Positions 20,160-30,900 of a stretch of DNA of 58,234 nucleotides are shown one piece after another (the stretch's first letter is position 1; the number at the start of each line of letters is the position of its first letter). The DNA lies in contig PBMF01000015.1 in the NCBI GenBank assembly GCA_002721995.1, forward strand, positions 7,141 to 65,374. Direction: 5' to 3'. The position numbers and the translations under genes were made by a program. The notes under the pieces were generated by a model that did not search any database, was not told the origin of the DNA, and worked only from the letters and a program-made list of their open reading frames with translations. This DNA is from Chloroflexota bacterium (GTDB lineage: Bacteria; Chloroflexota; Dehalococcoidia; Lucifugimonadales; UBA3495).

Positions 20160-20315
20160 GGGGAAGGCCCTTTAACGGCCTGGGAAAGGAGACGCAATAC
20201 CTGTCACCTCCACCGCACCTGGGGTTGGGTCCCGGCCCGGAATTCGGGCTATCCGGAGCGGACATAATTCTAGCACAGGGGCCGCTGCGCCGGGGGTAAG
20301 CCGTGCCTGGCCGCC

Positions 20316-20345
20316 TTGACCCTGTGACTGGGCCCAGCCTACAAT
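20316..20345 (+). promoter_or_regulatory. Sigma70-like promoter of ffh
   Basis: TTGACC-18 nt-TACAAT. Confidence 0.55.
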
Positions 20346-20392
20346 CAACAGTAACCAACAGCCAGGCAACAACCAGGATATTTCCCAAGAAT

Positions 20393-21727
20393 ATGTTCGA
20401 AAATCTAACCGATAAATTGACCGGAATCCTGAACAAGCTGTCCAGCAAGGGCCGCTTGACCGAAGGAGATGTCGACGAGGCCCTGAGCCTGGTCCGGCGC
20501 TCGCTGCTGGAAGCCGACGTCAATTTCCGGGTGGCCAGGGACTTCGTCTCCGCGGTCAAAGAACGCTCCATCGGCGCCGACGTACTGGAGAGCCTCTCCC
20601 CAGGCCAGCAGGTCATCAAGATCGTCCACGAGGAGTTGACCTCGCTGCTCACGGGCGGCGACCACTCCCTGACCCTATCCAGTCAGGCGGTGACGCCCAT
20701 CATGCTGGTGGGCCTCCAGGGCTCGGGTAAGACCACCACCGCCGCCAAGCTGGCCCTGGACCTGCGCCGTCAGGGGCACAAGACGCTGCTCATCGCCGCC
20801 GACCTGCGCCGCCCCGCCGCCATCCAGCAGTTGGAGACCCTGGGCAAGCAGTTGGACGTGCCGGTTTACTCCGAGGACCCCAAGTCCTCGACCGTGGTCA
20901 AGGTGGCCAAGAACGGCTTGGAGAAGGCCCAACAGTTGGGCGTCAACTGGGCCATCATAGACACCGGCGGCCGCCTCCAGATCGACGAAGAGCTGATGCA
21001 GGAACTGGCCGAGGTCAAGAAGGCGGCCAACCCCCAGGAAGTGCTCCTGGTGGTTGACGCCATGACCGGTCAGGAGGCGGTCAGCGCCGCCGAGGGGTTC
21101 CACGAGCATGTGGACCTCACCGGCCTGATCATGTCCAAGATGGACGGCGATGCCCGCGGCGGCGCCGCTCTGTCCATCACCCGGGTAACCGGTGTGCCCA
21201 TCAAGTACATCGGCGTGGGAGAGCGGCCCGATGGGCTGGAAGTCTTCCACCCCGACCGGCTGGCCTCCCGCATCCTGGCCATGGGCGATATCCTGACGCT
21301 CATAGAGAAGGCCCAGGACGCGGTGGACGAGAAAGAGGCCGCGGAGATGGAGAAGAAGTTCCGCCAGGCCAACTTCGACCTGGAGGACTTCCTGGGCCAG
21401 ATCCAGAACGTCAAGAAGATGGGGTCTCTGTCATCGGTGATGGAGATGATCCCCGGCATGAGCCAGATGGCCAAGAAGATGCCCATGGGCGACCTGGACG
21501 ACGGCCGAGTGGAGCGCATCGAGGCCATCATCCGCTCCATGACTCCCCAGGAACGGCAGCGGCCCGAGATCATCAACGGGAGCCGCCGCCGCCGCATATC
21601 CCGGGGCAGCGGCACCACGCCCCAGGATATCAACCAACTGCTGAACCAGTTCCGGCAGACCCAGAAGCTGATGAAGCAGATGGCCAAGACCCGAAACCCC
21701 ATGTCCCTGATGAAGATGTTCCGTTAG
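20393..21727 (+). CDS. ffh: Signal recognition particle protein
   Basis: Start MFENLTDKL at 20393; GLQGSGKTT, DTGGR, KMDGDARGGAAL, Met-rich M domain with SRRRRISRGSG. Confidence 0.97.
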   Translation: MFENLTDKLTGILNKLSSKGRLTEGDVDEALSLVRRSLLEADVNFRVARDFVSAVKERSIGADVLESLSPGQQVIKIVHEELTSLLTGGDHSLTLSSQAVTPIMLVGLQGSGKTTTAAKLALDLRRQGHKTLLIAADLRRPAAIQQLETLGKQLDVPVYSEDPKSSTVVKVAKNGLEKAQQLGVNWAIIDTGGRLQIDEELMQELAEVKKAANPQEVLLVVDAMTGQEAVSAAEGFHEHVDLTGLIMSKMDGDARGGAALSITRVTGVPIKYIGVGERPDGLEVFHPDRLASRILAMGDILTLIEKAQDAVDEKEAAEMEKKFRQANFDLEDFLGQIQNVKKMGSLSSVMEMIPGMSQMAKKMPMGDLDDGRVERIEAIIRSMTPQERQRPEIINGSRRRRISRGSGTTPQDINQLLNQFRQTQKLMKQMAKTRNPMSLMKMFR

Positions 21728-21788
21728 GGCAGCGCAGGCGCGTTTCCCTTCTCTAGAACAGCGTTTTTGTTCGACTTTGGGTCGGAGA

Positions 21789-23234
21789 TCAGACCACCCG
21801 GTTCCCTTCGTCAACGTATGTTGTCTTGCCGACGTGGGTCACCTTTATCTGCTGGCGGTAGGTGTTGTCCCCCTGGTTGTGCTGGGCGTCGTGGAGCTCG
21901 GTGACCGGTCGTACTTCGCCGGGTTCGGGGCCGTCAGCGATGGCCTCGGAAAGGGCCCGGCCGTCCATGGCGTTACCGCCCTCGATTCCCAGGATTCGTA
22001 GATATGTGGGGGCCAGGTCTAGGTTGCCCGAGGGTGTTTCCAGTCTGAGACCCGACTTGAAGCTGGGTCCTCCGGCGAACATGATGCCGTGAATCTCGTG
22101 GAGGCTCATGGAACCGTGCTGTCCGGTGCCTGGCTCACCGCCGGTGGAATACACCTGGCCGTCGTAACCCGCGCCGTTGGGCGACGACTCCCACCGGAAC
22201 GAAACGGTCAGTTCCGGAGCGCGGGGGCCTTGGTTCCCCACCAGCGATGCCGGCAACGTCCCGGGGATGCCGGATACCGCGTCCGAGGCGGTAACAGTGC
22301 CGCACCAGGGTTGCTCCATCAGCCAGTGGGCCAACCGGGTCGCGGTGCTCATGTCGCCGGGCTGGGTGTAGAGCAGCGCGGCGCCGCCGTTCTGGGCTAC
22401 GACCACTCCCCCCTCCTCTCCCCCGGCAGCGAAACCGGCCTCTAGCAGCAAAGACTCGATGGCCACGTTCCCCGAGATGGTCGAGTACCCGTGGTCCGAC
22501 GCCACAATCACGTCGGTGTCGTAGGCCCGTCTGTTCTCTTGGAGCCATCGGAGCAGGTCGCCGAACTGCCCGTCCGCTTCTTTGATAGCGGTGTCGGAAA
22601 GGGTGGAGCCGACCCCCGAAGCGTGCTGGGACTTGTCCGGTTCAGAAGACCAGATAAGGGTCACCGCCGGGTCGCGTTCGGGGATGATGTGCTCTGTCAG
22701 CACCCGCATGGCGTGGGCCAACCGGGATGTGTTGGGGAGGGACTCATCGGGCCAGGGCCCAAAGCGGTCGATGAGGGATTCGTGGAGGTCGCCGGGCCGG
22801 GCGAACGTTGGGTGGATGGTGGCCCCACCTGAAATCTCGGCGGTGGGGTTGTGCAGATAGGCGTTTCCGCTGGTGCCGACGACGATGGCCACGTACTCCT
22901 TCCCGTGCCGGGAAAGGATGTCGGACAGCGTCGGGCCTAATAGCACCGGCAGCCCGGCGGCCGCCACCTGGTCAAGCTCGGGCTGCAACGCGGATATGGC
23001 CCGGTCCGCCGCGAACTCCCGCAGCATGAACCGGTTGCCCGCCAGTCCGTGTCCTCCCGCATTCAGGCCCGTGGCCATGCTGGAGGCATTGACCCGGGTT
23101 ACCGTGGGGAACACGGAATGGTGATTGGCGAAGGTAACGCCGGCGGCGGCGAATGCCGCCAGGTTGGGCATAAGCCGGGGGTTCACCTGGGCCGGCTGCA
23201 GCCCGTCAAAGACGAAGACGATTATTGATGACAT
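21789..23234 (-). CDS. Alkaline phosphatase superfamily nucleotide pyrophosphatase/phosphodiesterase
   Basis: VFDGL, FPTVTRVN (Thr nucleophile), EPDKSQH, ASDHG, GQHGS, DLAPT. Confidence 0.88.
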   Translation of the reverse strand: MSSIIVFVFDGLQPAQVNPRLMPNLAAFAAAGVTFANHHSVFPTVTRVNASSMATGLNAGGHGLAGNRFMLREFAADRAISALQPELDQVAAAGLPVLLGPTLSDILSRHGKEYVAIVVGTSGNAYLHNPTAEISGGATIHPTFARPGDLHESLIDRFGPWPDESLPNTSRLAHAMRVLTEHIIPERDPAVTLIWSSEPDKSQHASGVGSTLSDTAIKEADGQFGDLLRWLQENRRAYDTDVIVASDHGYSTISGNVAIESLLLEAGFAAGGEEGGVVVAQNGGAALLYTQPGDMSTATRLAHWLMEQPWCGTVTASDAVSGIPGTLPASLVGNQGPRAPELTVSFRWESSPNGAGYDGQVYSTGGEPGTGQHGSMSLHEIHGIMFAGGPSFKSGLRLETPSGNLDLAPTYLRILGIEGGNAMDGRALSEAIADGPEPGEVRPVTELHDAQHNQGDNTYRQQIKVTHVGKTTYVDEGNRVV

Positions 23235-24241
23235 GCTTCTCTCCATGTGTCAGGGGCCAGGGCCCGAATGGTCCTTTCGTAGGAGTCTTTCAGTCCGCCC
23301 ACGGCGATGGGCGCTATGATGGGCCGGTCCAGTCCTATGGCGCGAAGTTGGTTGAGACGTTCCAAGCATACCTCGGCCGGGCCCACCACGCCCAGTTCCT
23401 GCTGCATGTTCTCGCCGATGGCGGCGGCGCTGGCCGGATCGTCGCGGTGCTCCCTGCTCAGAGACACACCCTCCATCTCGGTACCGAACCCGGTGCTCTG
23501 GAAGAAGTTGCGGTAGTGGGAGCTAGTGGCGTAGCGCGCGATCTGCCGCTGCAGACCGTCCCTTCCCGCCGCCAGGTCGTCGGTGACGGCAACCCGCAGG
23601 TAACCGGAGATGGCCACTTCGGATGGGTCGCGTCCGGCCTTGGCGGCGCCTTCCCGAACCAACTGGATGGCCCGCTCCAGGTAAGTGGCCGCCGTCCAAC
23701 TGAGCAGCACTCCGTCGGCGATCTCACCGGCCAGTTGCAGCATCTTGGGTCCCAGCGCGGCGATATAGATGGGCACCCGGCCCTTGGGAGCGGCGTCGCC
23801 CAGAGAGATTCCGTTGACGCTCAGCGCCTTTCCGTGATGGGTGACCGTCTCGCCATGGAGTAATCCGTGGGCGATGTGCACCAAGTCGCGCAGGTGTTCC
23901 ATGGGCTGCTGGAAGACCAGTCCGTGCCCGTCCTCCACCGCCGGCCGGTTGCCTACGCCCAGACCCAGGATGAACCGCCCGCCCGAGACCTCGGAGAGTC
24001 CGGCGGCGGACATGGCCGTGATTAGCGGCGTGCGCGAGAACATGGGCAGGATACCCGTTCCCAGGCCGATGCGGCTAGTGACCGTGGCCATGGCGGTTAG
24101 CTGGGTCAAGGAGTCCCGGCCCACACCCTCGGTCATCCAGATCTCGCCGTAACCGGAGTCCTCGGCTTCCGCAGCCAGCGACTGGATGTCGGTAACGGAA
24201 AGTTGGGTCTCGTTTCCCAACCTAAGTCCAAGAAAGGCCAT
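23222..24241 (-). CDS. LLM-class F420-dependent oxidoreductase (Mer-like)
   Basis: SGGRFILGLG, PIYIAALGPKMLQLAGEIADG. Confidence 0.9.
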   Translation of the reverse strand: MAFLGLRLGNETQLSVTDIQSLAAEAEDSGYGEIWMTEGVGRDSLTQLTAMATVTSRIGLGTGILPMFSRTPLITAMSAAGLSEVSGGRFILGLGVGNRPAVEDGHGLVFQQPMEHLRDLVHIAHGLLHGETVTHHGKALSVNGISLGDAAPKGRVPIYIAALGPKMLQLAGEIADGVLLSWTAATYLERAIQLVREGAAKAGRDPSEVAISGYLRVAVTDDLAAGRDGLQRQIARYATSSHYRNFFQSTGFGTEMEGVSLSREHRDDPASAAAIGENMQQELGVVGPAEVCLERLNQLRAIGLDRPIIAPIAVGGLKDSYERTIRALAPDTWREACHQ

Positions 24242-24266
24242 CAACAACTCCTAGGCATTGGCCATA

Positions 24267-24979
24267 GTCATTCCAGCCGAAGCTGGAATCCACGCCACAT
24301 GATAGCGCAGAATCGTTGCCAATCTGAATTTCGGGAGTGCGCCGGAACGACTGGAACAGGAGACCAGGTTATGGGGGCATGAACCAAATGATGTAGGGGT
24401 AGGTTTCTAACCTGCCCCGTTTCGCGTTTGGTCATCCTGGCGGAGCAAGGTCAGGCCCGATACCAGGATGTCTTTGTGCCTGAGAAACGATATAAGAGCA
24501 GCAGGGCGGATTGGAAACCCGCCTCTACAATTTGACGTGCTTTGGTATTCCGCTCACCCTAATCCGGTCGAAGGGCCGTGGTTCGACGGGCTCACCATGA
24601 GCGGGTGCGGGATGGTCCGATAAGGTGGAGGTTGGTTGGCTGGGTATCCGGGTGGGTTGGAAACTCGCCCCTACGGAGGCGTACAGTCTGTCATTCCGGC
24701 CTGCGCCGGAATCCAGTATGTTTCTGAAGCGCCAACGTACCCTGTGCGAAGTCTCCTGGATTCCGGTTTTCACCGGAATGACGCGGGGGACTTTTTCTCC
24801 GACACGGTTCGTCCTGAGCTTGTCGAAGGGGCCGCACCAAACATCCTACGGGTGGGGCGAGAAGTCCGGAGCGGCCGTGGTTCGACAGGCTCACCATGAG
24901 CGGATGCGGGATTTGAGCTGGTTTCCTGACCGAGTTGTTGGGGGAGTTTTCTGGATTCCGGCGTGCGCTGGAATGATGG
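24267..24979. repeat. Intergenic mosaic of REP-like palindromes (three families, about 11 units)
   Basis: GTCATTCC..GGAATCCA type at 24267, 24690, 24756 (rev), 24951 (rev); GTAGGG type at 24392, 24503 (rev), 24650 (rev); GTCGAAG/TTCGAC..GCTCACCATGAGCGG type at 24550-24604, 24806 and 24876. Confidence 0.85.
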
Positions 24980-24987
24980 GGTGGGTT

Positions 24988-25914
24988 CTAGCCGGCCCCG
25001 GTGCGGAGGGCGCTGAACAGATAAACGGTGGCAAAGGTGCGGTAGGGCGACCAGCGCTGGGCGATGTCTTCCACCTGCGCGTCGGTGACCTCGGCGCCGT
25101 TGGTGAACAGCTGTGAGACCACGCGCCGCAAGGCCAGGTCGCCCAGGGGTAGCGCGTCGGGGCGGCCCACGGCGCGGATGAGCACCCACTGGGCCGTCCA
25201 CATACCAACCCCCCGCAGGCCCACCAGTTTGTCCACAATCTCTCCGTCGGGGAGCGTACTCAGATTCTCCAATCCAACCCCGTCGTCCAGTGCCGAACCG
25301 GCCAGCCCGTGGACATACTCGGACTTCCGTTGAGTGAGCTTCATGGTGTGGAGTTCGGCGGGAGACGAAGCCCAGATGGCCTGGGGTCTGGGGAAGGCGT
25401 AGTAGGTCTCGCCGTCGAACTGGCCGCTGGGCCCGAAGGTCTCAATGAGCAGGGTGCGTATCACCCGGGCCACGGTGGTGGATATCTGCTGTCCCAGCAC
25501 CGCCAGCACCAGGGCTTCAAAGACCGAGGCCGCGTGGGGCAGGTGCAGCCCGTAGAACCGGTCCACCAACTGGGACATGGCCCCGTCTTTCCTCCCCAGT
25601 TCGTAGAAGGGAGCCAGGTCCTGGTCCACGCCCAAGAGCCAGGACACCCGGTCTTTGGCCTGTGCAACGTCGGCGTCGGAAAGGTCGGGTCCCTGCAGCT
25701 CCACAGCCAGTTCCGGCGCGTCGGTGGTGCCCGTGGAATGCACGGACGCCAGGACCAGTTTGTCTCCCAGGTCCAGCAGGCGGCGGTAGATGCCGTCCTC
25801 CATGGTGTCGGTGCCGTACCGACTCTGGAAGTAGGTGTGGTAGCTGGCCGTTAGCTGGAAGTTGAAGGGCGCCACGGGCTTGATGGCGGTGCTAAAGCGG
25901 TCCATGGCGTTCAC
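24988..25914 (-). CDS. alkA: DNA-3-methyladenine glycosylase II
   Basis: FEALVLAVLGQQIS, AFPRP, HhH motif LRGVGMWTA, DALPLGDLALRR, WSPYR. Confidence 0.9.
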   Translation of the reverse strand: MNAMDRFSTAIKPVAPFNFQLTASYHTYFQSRYGTDTMEDGIYRRLLDLGDKLVLASVHSTGTTDAPELAVELQGPDLSDADVAQAKDRVSWLLGVDQDLAPFYELGRKDGAMSQLVDRFYGLHLPHAASVFEALVLAVLGQQISTTVARVIRTLLIETFGPSGQFDGETYYAFPRPQAIWASSPAELHTMKLTQRKSEYVHGLAGSALDDGVGLENLSTLPDGEIVDKLVGLRGVGMWTAQWVLIRAVGRPDALPLGDLALRRVVSQLFTNGAEVTDAQVEDIAQRWSPYRTFATVYLFSALRTGAG

Positions 25915-26510
25915 CCGCCACCCAGGGAGGCCGCGCCCACCAGATAGTGACGGGACCCGGCGGGGTCAAGCTCGGTGCGCATCAGGTGTACCGCGTCCGC
26001 CTGCCAGGAAAAGTCTCCCGAGAGGTCTCCCTCGGCCATGGCCCGGCCAATCTTCCGCAGTTGCCCCTCCGGCGTTTCCCGGCGCACCCGGCCCAGGGTC
26101 AGGTGGGGCGAGAACTCGCGCTGTTCTCTGGGCAGGCCCAAGTCCGCTACGGCGTCGTCAACGGCCAGTTGCAGGGCTGAGAGTGCATCCATGTCGCCGG
26201 TTATCCCGGCCCACAGGACGCGCGGACGCCTGGCGTTGGGGAACACGCCCAACCCCGACAGGGAAAGGCTGAAGGGAGCGAAATCCGCCGCCACCTCCGG
26301 CAGAGCGGAATCGACTTTGGTCACCATATCACCGGGGATGTCGCCCATGAACTTCAGAGTCAGGTGGATGCCCTCGGGCCGCACCCAGCGCACGTTTCTC
26401 CCGAAGTCTGAGTCCAGTTGTTCCACGGTCCGCTTCAGGATGTTGATGCCATCCGGCGGCACCGGAATGGCGATGAAGGAGCGGACCTTGTCGTTATTGG
26501 AGAAGGTCAC
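25911..26510 (-). CDS. thpR: RNA 2',3'-cyclic phosphodiesterase (2H family)
   Basis: RSFIAI, HLTLKFMG and FSPHLTLGR (two HxT motifs), PRVLWAG; GTG start overlapping the mug stop. Confidence 0.92.
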   Translation of the reverse strand: MTFSNNDKVRSFIAIPVPPDGINILKRTVEQLDSDFGRNVRWVRPEGIHLTLKFMGDIPGDMVTKVDSALPEVAADFAPFSLSLSGLGVFPNARRPRVLWAGITGDMDALSALQLAVDDAVADLGLPREQREFSPHLTLGRVRRETPEGQLRKIGRAMAEGDLSGDFSWQADAVHLMRTELDPAGSRHYLVGAASLGGG

Positions 26511-27058
26511 CCGCCCGAGACCTCTTTCAGCCGGCCGTACCACTCGGCCAGGTCGTCCAGGGAGTACTTGGCGTTGGCCGGGCTGGGGTTGGGGACGACG
26601 AAGACCCGGGACGGGCCGATGACTCGTTCTTGCAGTCCAAGTTGGGGGCTCTCCTTCACACCCTCGCCGTGCTGAAGGTAGGCCTTGTAGGCCATCAGCC
26701 CGTGGAAACAGACCAACTTGGGCGAAAAGCGCAGTATCTTTTCCTTCAGGACCGGTGCCCACCGGCGGAAGTCGGCGGCGCGCAGGCCCGAGCCCATGGG
26801 AGTGGGGCGCTTGGCCACGTCGGTGAACCCGATGCCGTCGTCCAGCAGGGTGGCGTCATCCTCGGCGGTGACCTGCCGCCCGACCAGGCCCGAACGGTTG
26901 AAGGCCGGCCAGAACCGGTTGCGAGGATTGGCGAAGTAGTGGCCCACCTCGGCCGAGTACTGGGAAGGGTTCAGACCGACGAACAGCAGGTCCAGCCCCT
27001 CCCGCAGGTGGTCGGGCAGGGTGAGTATATCTTCGGGTCCGGCTTGGTCGGTGATCAT
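26507..27058 (-). CDS. mug: Mismatch-specific uracil/ethenocytosine DNA glycosylase
   Basis: LFVGLNPS, HYFANPRNRFW, VPNPSPAN. Confidence 0.92.
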   Translation of the reverse strand: MITDQAGPEDILTLPDHLREGLDLLFVGLNPSQYSAEVGHYFANPRNRFWPAFNRSGLVGRQVTAEDDATLLDDGIGFTDVAKRPTPMGSGLRAADFRRWAPVLKEKILRFSPKLVCFHGLMAYKAYLQHGEGVKESPQLGLQERVIGPSRVFVVPNPSPANAKYSLDDLAEWYGRLKEVSGG

Positions 27059-27894
27059 AGGCCCAGCAGCCGGGCGGCGTTTTCGGAGAGCAGGGCTGCC
27101 TCCACTTCAGGGGACAGGCCGGCGTTCTTGACCTGTTTCAGGGGCCGGGAGATCTCCATCAGTGGGTAGTCGCTGGCGAAGAGTACCTTGTCCGGGCCAG
27201 CCAATTGGGACACGGCGGCGAAGACCTCGGGGCTGTAGAGGAATGGCGAGGCTGCGGAGTCGAAGTACACGTTTTTCAGCACGTCGGGGACCTCGGGCAT
27301 CAACGAGTAGAAGGGCAGTCCGCCGCCCCAATGGGCGCAGATGATCGCGTTGTCGGGAAAGTCCTGAATGAACCGGTAGAGCCGGTCGGGGGTGGTCTCC
27401 CCCTTGCCGGGGTACTGGTGTCCGGCGGGTTCCGAAGCGTGGACCAGGACCGGTATGTCGTTGGCGCGGGCCAGGTTCATGAGCGGCGTCATGGCCTTGG
27501 CGTCGGTGATTTCGAAGCCCTGGGTGTCGGCGTGCAGTTCACCGATGCCCGTCAGGCCGGCCTTCAGACAGCGTAGGGCCTCGGTCACCGCTTTCTCCCC
27601 CCAGGCCGGGTTCACCGAGCAGAAGCCGGTCAGGCGTTGGGGATTCTCGCGGACGGCCTGGATGATGTAGTCGTTGGCCTCTACCGCAGTCTCGTAATTG
27701 GTCCACCCAATGCCCATAGCCACGGCCCGCTCCACGCCGTCCCGCTCCATGGCGGCCAGCAGGTCTCCGGCAGAGGCGATGCGGGCGTCGGGGCTAGAGA
27801 GCAGCTCGGCGAAGGTGGCGTCACGCGCCGCGATCTCGGCCCGGCGGTCGCGGAACGAGGGAGGCATGATGTGGCAGTGAGCGTCTATTACCAA
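27055..27894 (-). CDS. Amidohydrolase_2 family metal-dependent hydrolase
   Basis: IDAHCH, GIGELH, VLVHA, AHWGGG, VLFASDYP. Confidence 0.88.
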   Translation of the reverse strand: MVIDAHCHIMPPSFRDRRAEIAARDATFAELLSSPDARIASAGDLLAAMERDGVERAVAMGIGWTNYETAVEANDYIIQAVRENPQRLTGFCSVNPAWGEKAVTEALRCLKAGLTGIGELHADTQGFEITDAKAMTPLMNLARANDIPVLVHASEPAGHQYPGKGETTPDRLYRFIQDFPDNAIICAHWGGGLPFYSLMPEVPDVLKNVYFDSAASPFLYSPEVFAAVSQLAGPDKVLFASDYPLMEISRPLKQVKNAGLSPEVEAALLSENAARLLGL

Positions 27895-27924
27895 GGCGTA
27901 ATCCCCGCCTGGGCGGGGCAGGGG

Positions 27925-30900
27925 CTATGCCTTCCGCACGCCCAGGGTGATTTCCATTCCCTCGACCTTGGAGGACTCGGTGGATGCGCCGTTGTCGGCC
28001 TCGGGTGCTCCGTCCACCAGTTGGGTGCTCAGCGTCTCGTCGCGGATGTAGTCGGCGAAGGCGCCCTGCATCACGGTCATGAACTCCGATGGCCCTTGGT
28101 AATAGGTGACGATACGGTCGGTGACATCGAATTTGGCCGAGCGGCGCATGCCCTGGATGCGGTGCACCATCTCCCGGGCCAGGCCCTCTTCGGCCAGTTC
28201 GGGGGTGATGGCGCCGTCCACGGCCACCATATAGTCGCCGTCAAGAGACGCGGTGAAGTTGTCCACGGAGACGATGGTCTCGGTCTGGTCGCCGGCCTCT
28301 TCCTGAGCCTGTTTCACCAGGGGCGCGTCGTCCTCGATGACCTGGATGTCCTTGATATTCAGTTCTTCCAGCACCTGGGGGCGCACCTGGTCGATGTAAT
28401 CCCTCTCGGCGGGGGCTCGTACCTTCACAAACACGTTGGCCAGGGGTTGACGCACTTTCAGGCCGGCCTTGGAGCGGGCGCCCCGGCCCATGCTGGCCAC
28501 CCGCATGGCGAGCCTGGTGGCTTCCATCAGCGGCTCGTCGATGAGGGACGGGTCGGCCACCGGGTAGTCGGCCAGGTGGACGCTGTCGGGGGCCGAAGGG
28601 TCCACCGAGCAGACCAGGTTCTGGTATATCTCCTCGGCCACGAAGGGGGCCAGGGGGGCCATCAACTTGGCGATGGTTACCAGGCAGGTATGCAGGGTGA
28701 CATAGCCCGACAGCTTGTCGGTGTCGCCCTCGTTTCTCCAGAAGCGGCGGCGGCTGCGGCGGACGTACCAGTTGGACAGTTGGTCGATGAACTCCTGGAT
28801 GCGGCGGCCCGCGTTGGTGGGGTCGTAGCCGTCCATGTGTCCGTCGACCTGGGTGATCAGTGTGTTCAGTTCGGAGAGGACCCAGAGGTCCAGCTCATTG
28901 TCCGGTTTCCAGTCCGCCGGTTTCTGCGACGGGTCGAACTTGTCGATCTCGGCGTAGCTGGTGAAGAAGGAGTGGACGTTCCAAAGAGTCAGCATCACCC
29001 GGCGCAGGGTCTCGCTGACCAGCTTCGCCGAAAAGCGGCGCGGTTCTCCGGGATGGGAGGCGGTGAACAGGTACCAGCGCAGGGCGTCGGCCCCGTGCTC
29101 GTCCAGCACGCCCAGGGGTTCAACCACGTTGCCCACCCGCTTGCTCATCTTGCGGCCCTTCTCGTCCAGGATCAGGCCTAGGCAGATGACGTTCTTGTAG
29201 GACGGCTGTCCCTTGAGCAGGGTGGACAGGGCGTGCAGGCTGTAGAACCAGCCCCGGGTCTGGTCCACCGCCTCGCAGATGTAGTCAGCGGGGAAACGGC
29301 CGTCGGTATCGATGCTGTCGTTATCGAAGGGATAGTGGTATTGGGCAAAGGGCATTGCCCCTGAGTCGAACCAGGCGTCCATCACCTCGGGCACGCGGCG
29401 CATCTCGCCGGAGCAGCCCTCCTGGGTGCAGGTGAGCACCACGTTGTCCACGTAGGGACGGTGCAGGTCCAGGGTGTCGGCGCTGAGGGCGCCGTTGGCC
29501 CCGGCCATGCTCCTCAGTTCGTCCACGCCGCCCACGCAGACGGTGTGGTTGCAGGTCTGGCACTGCCAGATGGGGATGGGCGTGCCCCAGTAGCGCTCCC
29601 GGGAGATGGCCCAGTCCACGTTGTTCCGCAGCCACTCGCCGAAGCGGCCCTCTTTGATGTACTCGGGGTACCAGTTGATGGTGTCGTTGCCGCCCACCAA
29701 GTCGTCCTTCAGGGCCGAGGTCCTGATGTACCAGGAGCTCTTGGCGTAGTAGAGCAGCGGCGTGTCGCAGCGCCAGCAGAAGGGGTAGGTGTGCCGGTAG
29801 ATGTCGTGATGGAACAACAGTCCCCGTTCTGTCAGGTCTGCCATGATCTCTTTGTCGGCGGTCTTCACGAACTTGCTCGCGAAGGGGTAGTTGCCGGTGA
29901 TGATGCCCTGCAGGTCAACAGGCTGGACGAAGGCCAGCTCTTTTTCCCGTCCCACGCCAAGGTCCTCGTCACCGAAGGCCGGGGCGATGTGGACGATACC
30001 CGTGCCGTCGTCCAGGGAGACGAACTCTGCGGAGATCACCTTGGGGGCGAATTCGCCGCCGTCTTCCAGTTCGGAGACCATGCCGCCGCCGGGGCCCGGC
30101 CTGCGGACGAACCGGCGCACCTGGGTGCCGACATCCGCTGGGTTGTAGAGGGGCGTGTAGCCCAGGCCCACCAGTTCCGAGCCTTTGATGGTGCCGACGA
30201 CCGTGTGTTCGCCGCGCATGTTGGCTGCCAGCAGGGCCTCTGCCAGCACCAGGCGGTGTCGGCCCGTGTCATCGTCCATCTCGACTATGCTGTAGTCGGC
30301 GTTTTCGTCCACTGCAAGACCGGTGTTGCCGGGCAGCGTCCAGGGGGTGGTGGTCCAGGCCAGCAGGAACACGGGCAGGTTTTCGGTGCCCAGTTTGGCC
30401 AGCACGTCGGCCTTGTCAGCCGATGCGGCGGTGTTGACCTGGAACTTGATGAACACCGAAGGGTCGGGGGTGTTCTCCCGGTAGCCCAGGGCCACCTCGT
30501 GGGAACTGAGGCTGGTCACGCAGCGGGGGCAGTGGGGAGTGCCGCGCATGGTCTGGTAGAGCAGGTCCCGGTCCCACAGGGTCTTCAGCATCCACCAGCC
30601 CGACTCGATGTAGTTGTTGTGCAGGGTGACGTAGGGGTCTTCCATGTCGACCCAGTAGCCGATGCGGTCCGTCATGGTCTCCCACTCCTTCACGTAGCGG
30701 AAGACGCTGTCCCGGCATTTCTGGTTGAAGGCCTCGATGCCGTATTCTTCGATGTCCCGTTTGGTCTTGAGGCCCAGTTCTTTTTCGACTTCAAGCTCCA
30801 CCGGCAGTCCGTGGGTGTCCCAGCCGCCCTTGCGCTGCACACGGTAACCCTTCATGGTGCGGTAACGGCAGATGACGTCCTTGAACACGCGGGCCAGGAC

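Noticed and set aside
20160-20392. SRP RNA next to ffh
   Set aside because: No SRP domain IV motif recognised; region explained by divergent promoters
24267-24979. Possible CRISPR array or small protein genes in the repeat block
   Set aside because: Units differ in family and orientation, spacing is irregular, no cas genes; the ORFs are translations of palindromes
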